Of a DNA stretch of 64,000 nucleotides, positions 61,255 through 64,000 are shown piece after piece (within the stretch, counting starts at the first letter, position 1; every line of letters begins with the position of its first letter). The stretch is from Azolla caroliniana (Eukaryota > Plantae > Polypodiophyta): positions 2,294,001 through 2,358,000 of the forward strand of contig JBHGNT010000022.1 of the NCBI GenBank assembly GCA_043228905.1, written 5' to 3'. The notes below the pieces were generated by a model. It had not been told where the DNA came from and did not search any database. It saw nothing but the letters and a program-made list of their open reading frames with translations. The translations under genes were made by a program, and so were the position numbers.

Positions 61255-64000
61255 CCATCTGTGTCGTCGTTTGCTGCAAAAACAAGAATCGTGGTCGCCA
61301 AAAACTATGTTAACTCTTCGGGCCGAACAATGGCCTAACACACGGCGTCTATGTGAGACACTTCACCAAAGGGTGTTACGGCAACCGGATTAGACTTCAA
61401 CGCTTAATCCGACTTAGTTAAGTTACTTATTAGGATTGTCTTCATAACACGCGTAAGATATACAATTAAGACAGAACGGCAATTGACAGAGATATAACAA
61501 CGCTTAAGCTTTCATTAATTAACCGCTAACTATTACATTGTATCCGGGCCTTTAAATAGGTTTCCGGTCTGTATTACAAAACGGTGCCATCCGCACCTGT
61601 TCAGGATCGGTCCGGATCCGGAACGGCATACCGATTCCGGTCCGTCCGTCCACACTCATAGCTTAATTACAACCACATTCCTACTACTTAATTAGCTCTC
61701 CGTTTCCCACTCTAGACTCCTTTGCCAGCCGGTAACAAACCCGGATGAGGATCGATTCCGGAGAGACGACCGCTACCAACGCGAACGCGGTAACAGATAC
61801 GTTGATAGAAGACGCGATAACTATGACCGAGAGGAGAAACGCAGAGATAGCTACCCCCGGGACCGGTACGACCGAGACGAATCCCCGGAATACGAATGAC
61901 GCAAAGAAGAGAGGCGACAAGGGAACCGAAATTTCCGACGGAATCAGAAGCGTGGATTTTTCCGAAGAGAGGAACATCGGGAGGCAGCAAGGAATGACAA
62001 CTCGGTATCGGTATCAGATAACCGAAAAACCGAACACGACCGCCGAAGTATACCCACCCTCCAAACCGGGGACAAAGGAGAAACGAGCAACAGTCACAAG
62101 GTGTACTGTTATTACTGCCGTAAGGAGGGCCATTATAGTAACCAATGCCCAAGCAAAACCAATGACAAGCAGCCGGCAGTCAACATGGTTACAGCCCAAA
62201 TAACAGAAGTACAGCAGGTCACAACTCGGTCAAAGGGAAAGATCACCGAGTGGGAAGCCCAGGAGGCAATCAGAAAACAAGCGGCGCAATGGATCAAGGA
62301 GGCCAATGAACAGAATGCGGCAGAAGTAAGAGACCAAAATATGCCAAAAGACGAAGAAATCATACAGCCAGGAGAAAACCCGACGTGGCAAGCGCTCCAG
62401 GACTGTCAAATCGTGCTGCCGTTAGCACGGCTACTACAGTTGGTGCCACGGTTTACGACAGACTTACAGGCATCCGTGGGCAAACCGAAGCCGATGCCAG
62501 CACCGGCATTCTTCTCCAACCCGGAGGAAGGACCAGCTGTGGTCGATACAAGTAGCCCGGCGATCACGGCAATCGTGAAAGGAAAGGAAATTGCTGGAAC
62601 GATTATTGACGGAGGCTCCGAGGTGAATGTCATCAGCCGACAGACATGCGACAACCTGGGCATCCGGGAATGGGAACCATGCCCCTTCTGGTTACGCATA
62701 GCGGATACCAGCTCAGTCCGACCGACCGGGCTTATCCGGGATTTGGAAGTAACGATCGGAGGCCACATATTCTGGATATCGGCCGTGGTGCTGCAGCTGA
62801 ATGTACAAGGCGCGTACCCCCTACTGCTAGGACAACCATGGCTGCGAACGGCGCATATCAAGCAGAACTAGCAAAAGAACATGATCACATTCCGGCGAGG
62901 GAAAACAAAGGTACGAGTAGCGACGCAACCACGGGTGATCGCTAGTAAGGAAGCAACTCCACTATGTGCGGAAAGCATCAACATGTTGGAGGGATTACCG
63001 GACGAGGAAGTCGATCGGTACCTCGAGGAACACACACGAATCGTCCCACTATTTGAGGTGGATATCACGGCGGCAGTAGAACCGTACATCACGACGCCGG
63101 ACGAACCGGACCAAGCGGCGATCCGGGAACTGCGACAAGCGCAGGAATCCCTAGAGAGGGAAATGACGATATCCCAGAGGGTAAAAGCATCCCAACTAGA
63201 GGAGGTGGACCTCGGCACAACAGACAAGCCCCGACCGGTAAATGTCGCAAAGGAATTGCCAAAGGAAGAAAAGAAGGCAATGGTATCATTATTAACAGAC
63301 TTCAAGGATGTGTTCGCGTGGTCGTACGAAGACATGCGAGGGCTGGACCCCCAGCTCTATCAGCACCAAATTCACCTAAGTACGGACGCGAAACTGATCG
63401 CTCAACGCAGGTACCGGATGAATCCGAATTATGCGGCGAAGGTGAAGGAGGAGATTGATAAGCTCCTCCGGGTCGGACTTATCCGACCGGTCAAGCAGGC
63501 AACCTGGCTGAGTCCGATAGTGGTGGTCCCGAAAAAGAACAGCAAAATGCCGCAACGGTGACCGATGCGTTTCCACTACCATTTACGGACGGGGTGCTAG
63601 ATGCGGTAGCCGGCCACGAAGTTTGCAGCTTCCTGGATGGATTTAGCGGTTACAACCAAATACGAATGAACCCGGCCAACCAGGAGAAGACAACGTTCGT
63701 TATGGAATGGGGAGTGTTCGTCGCGGTCGTGATGATGTTCGGACTAAAGACGGCTCCAGCGACCTTTCAAAGGATAATAATGGAAATTTTCGGGGAATAT
63801 ATCCCCGGTTTTATGCAGGTCTTCCTTGACGATTTCGCGATCTACAGCCGGCACGGAGAGCATCTCGATCACCTCCGGCTGTGCTTAGAGAAGTGCCGCG
63901 AGTACCGGTTGAGTTTGAACCCGGCCAAGTGCGTCTTCGGAGTGGCAAGCGGCAACTTACTAGGGCACGTGGTGAGTAAGGAAGGAATCACGGTAGATCC

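Larger units (their letters stand above)
51871..61737 (-). mobile_element. Full-length non-chromovirus Gypsy with extra 3' ORF
   Basis: 430-bp LTRs at 61308-61737 and 51871-52300 (about 13 differences by eye); TSD AACCC at 51866-51870 and 61738-61742; PBS TGGCGACCAC at 61291-61300. Confidence 0.96.
50007..64000 (+). mobile_element. Non-chromovirus Gypsy (host copy), running off the window end
   Basis: LTR 50007-50395, PBS TGGCGACCAC, gag ~50448-51870 resuming at 61743, CYYCRKEGHYSNQC, protease IIDGGSEVN, RT to 64000. Confidence 0.9.

Overview
Eukaryotic, gene-poor plant DNA, most likely from a moss (inferred only from the repeat families). It is almost entirely a multi-layer nest of transposons, and most layers can be resolved by their termini and target-site duplications (TSDs). 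A Sola1-like DDD transposase pseudogene (- strand, 9171-10055 plus 43291-44051) is split by a 33.2-kb Sola2-like DNA transposon (10056-43290, ~25-bp TIRs, GCAT TSD). That element has a spliced transposase, a convergent multi-exon second gene ending in an FCP1/NIF-phosphatase-like domain, and intronic arrays of the palindrome TAGCTAATTAGCTA. Inside it is a chromovirus Gypsy (17464-35903), which holds a solo LTR and a Pack-type TIR element (19811-30560) carrying SAM synthetase fragments, a TIC20 pseudogene and a young non-autonomous LTR element. A Copia remnant also lies inside the Sola2-like element. To the left, a full-length tRNA-Trp-primed Gypsy (1919-9034) sits in a Tcn1-like gag. To the right are tandem non-autonomous LTR elements, a Tnt1-like Copia, and two related Gypsy elements nested head-to-head. 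The most unusual signal is in the inner Gypsy (51871-61737): it has no polypurine tract, and a second, antisense tRNA-Arg primer-binding-like site occupies that position. No intact host gene was found. All homologies were recognised by eye, not by database search.
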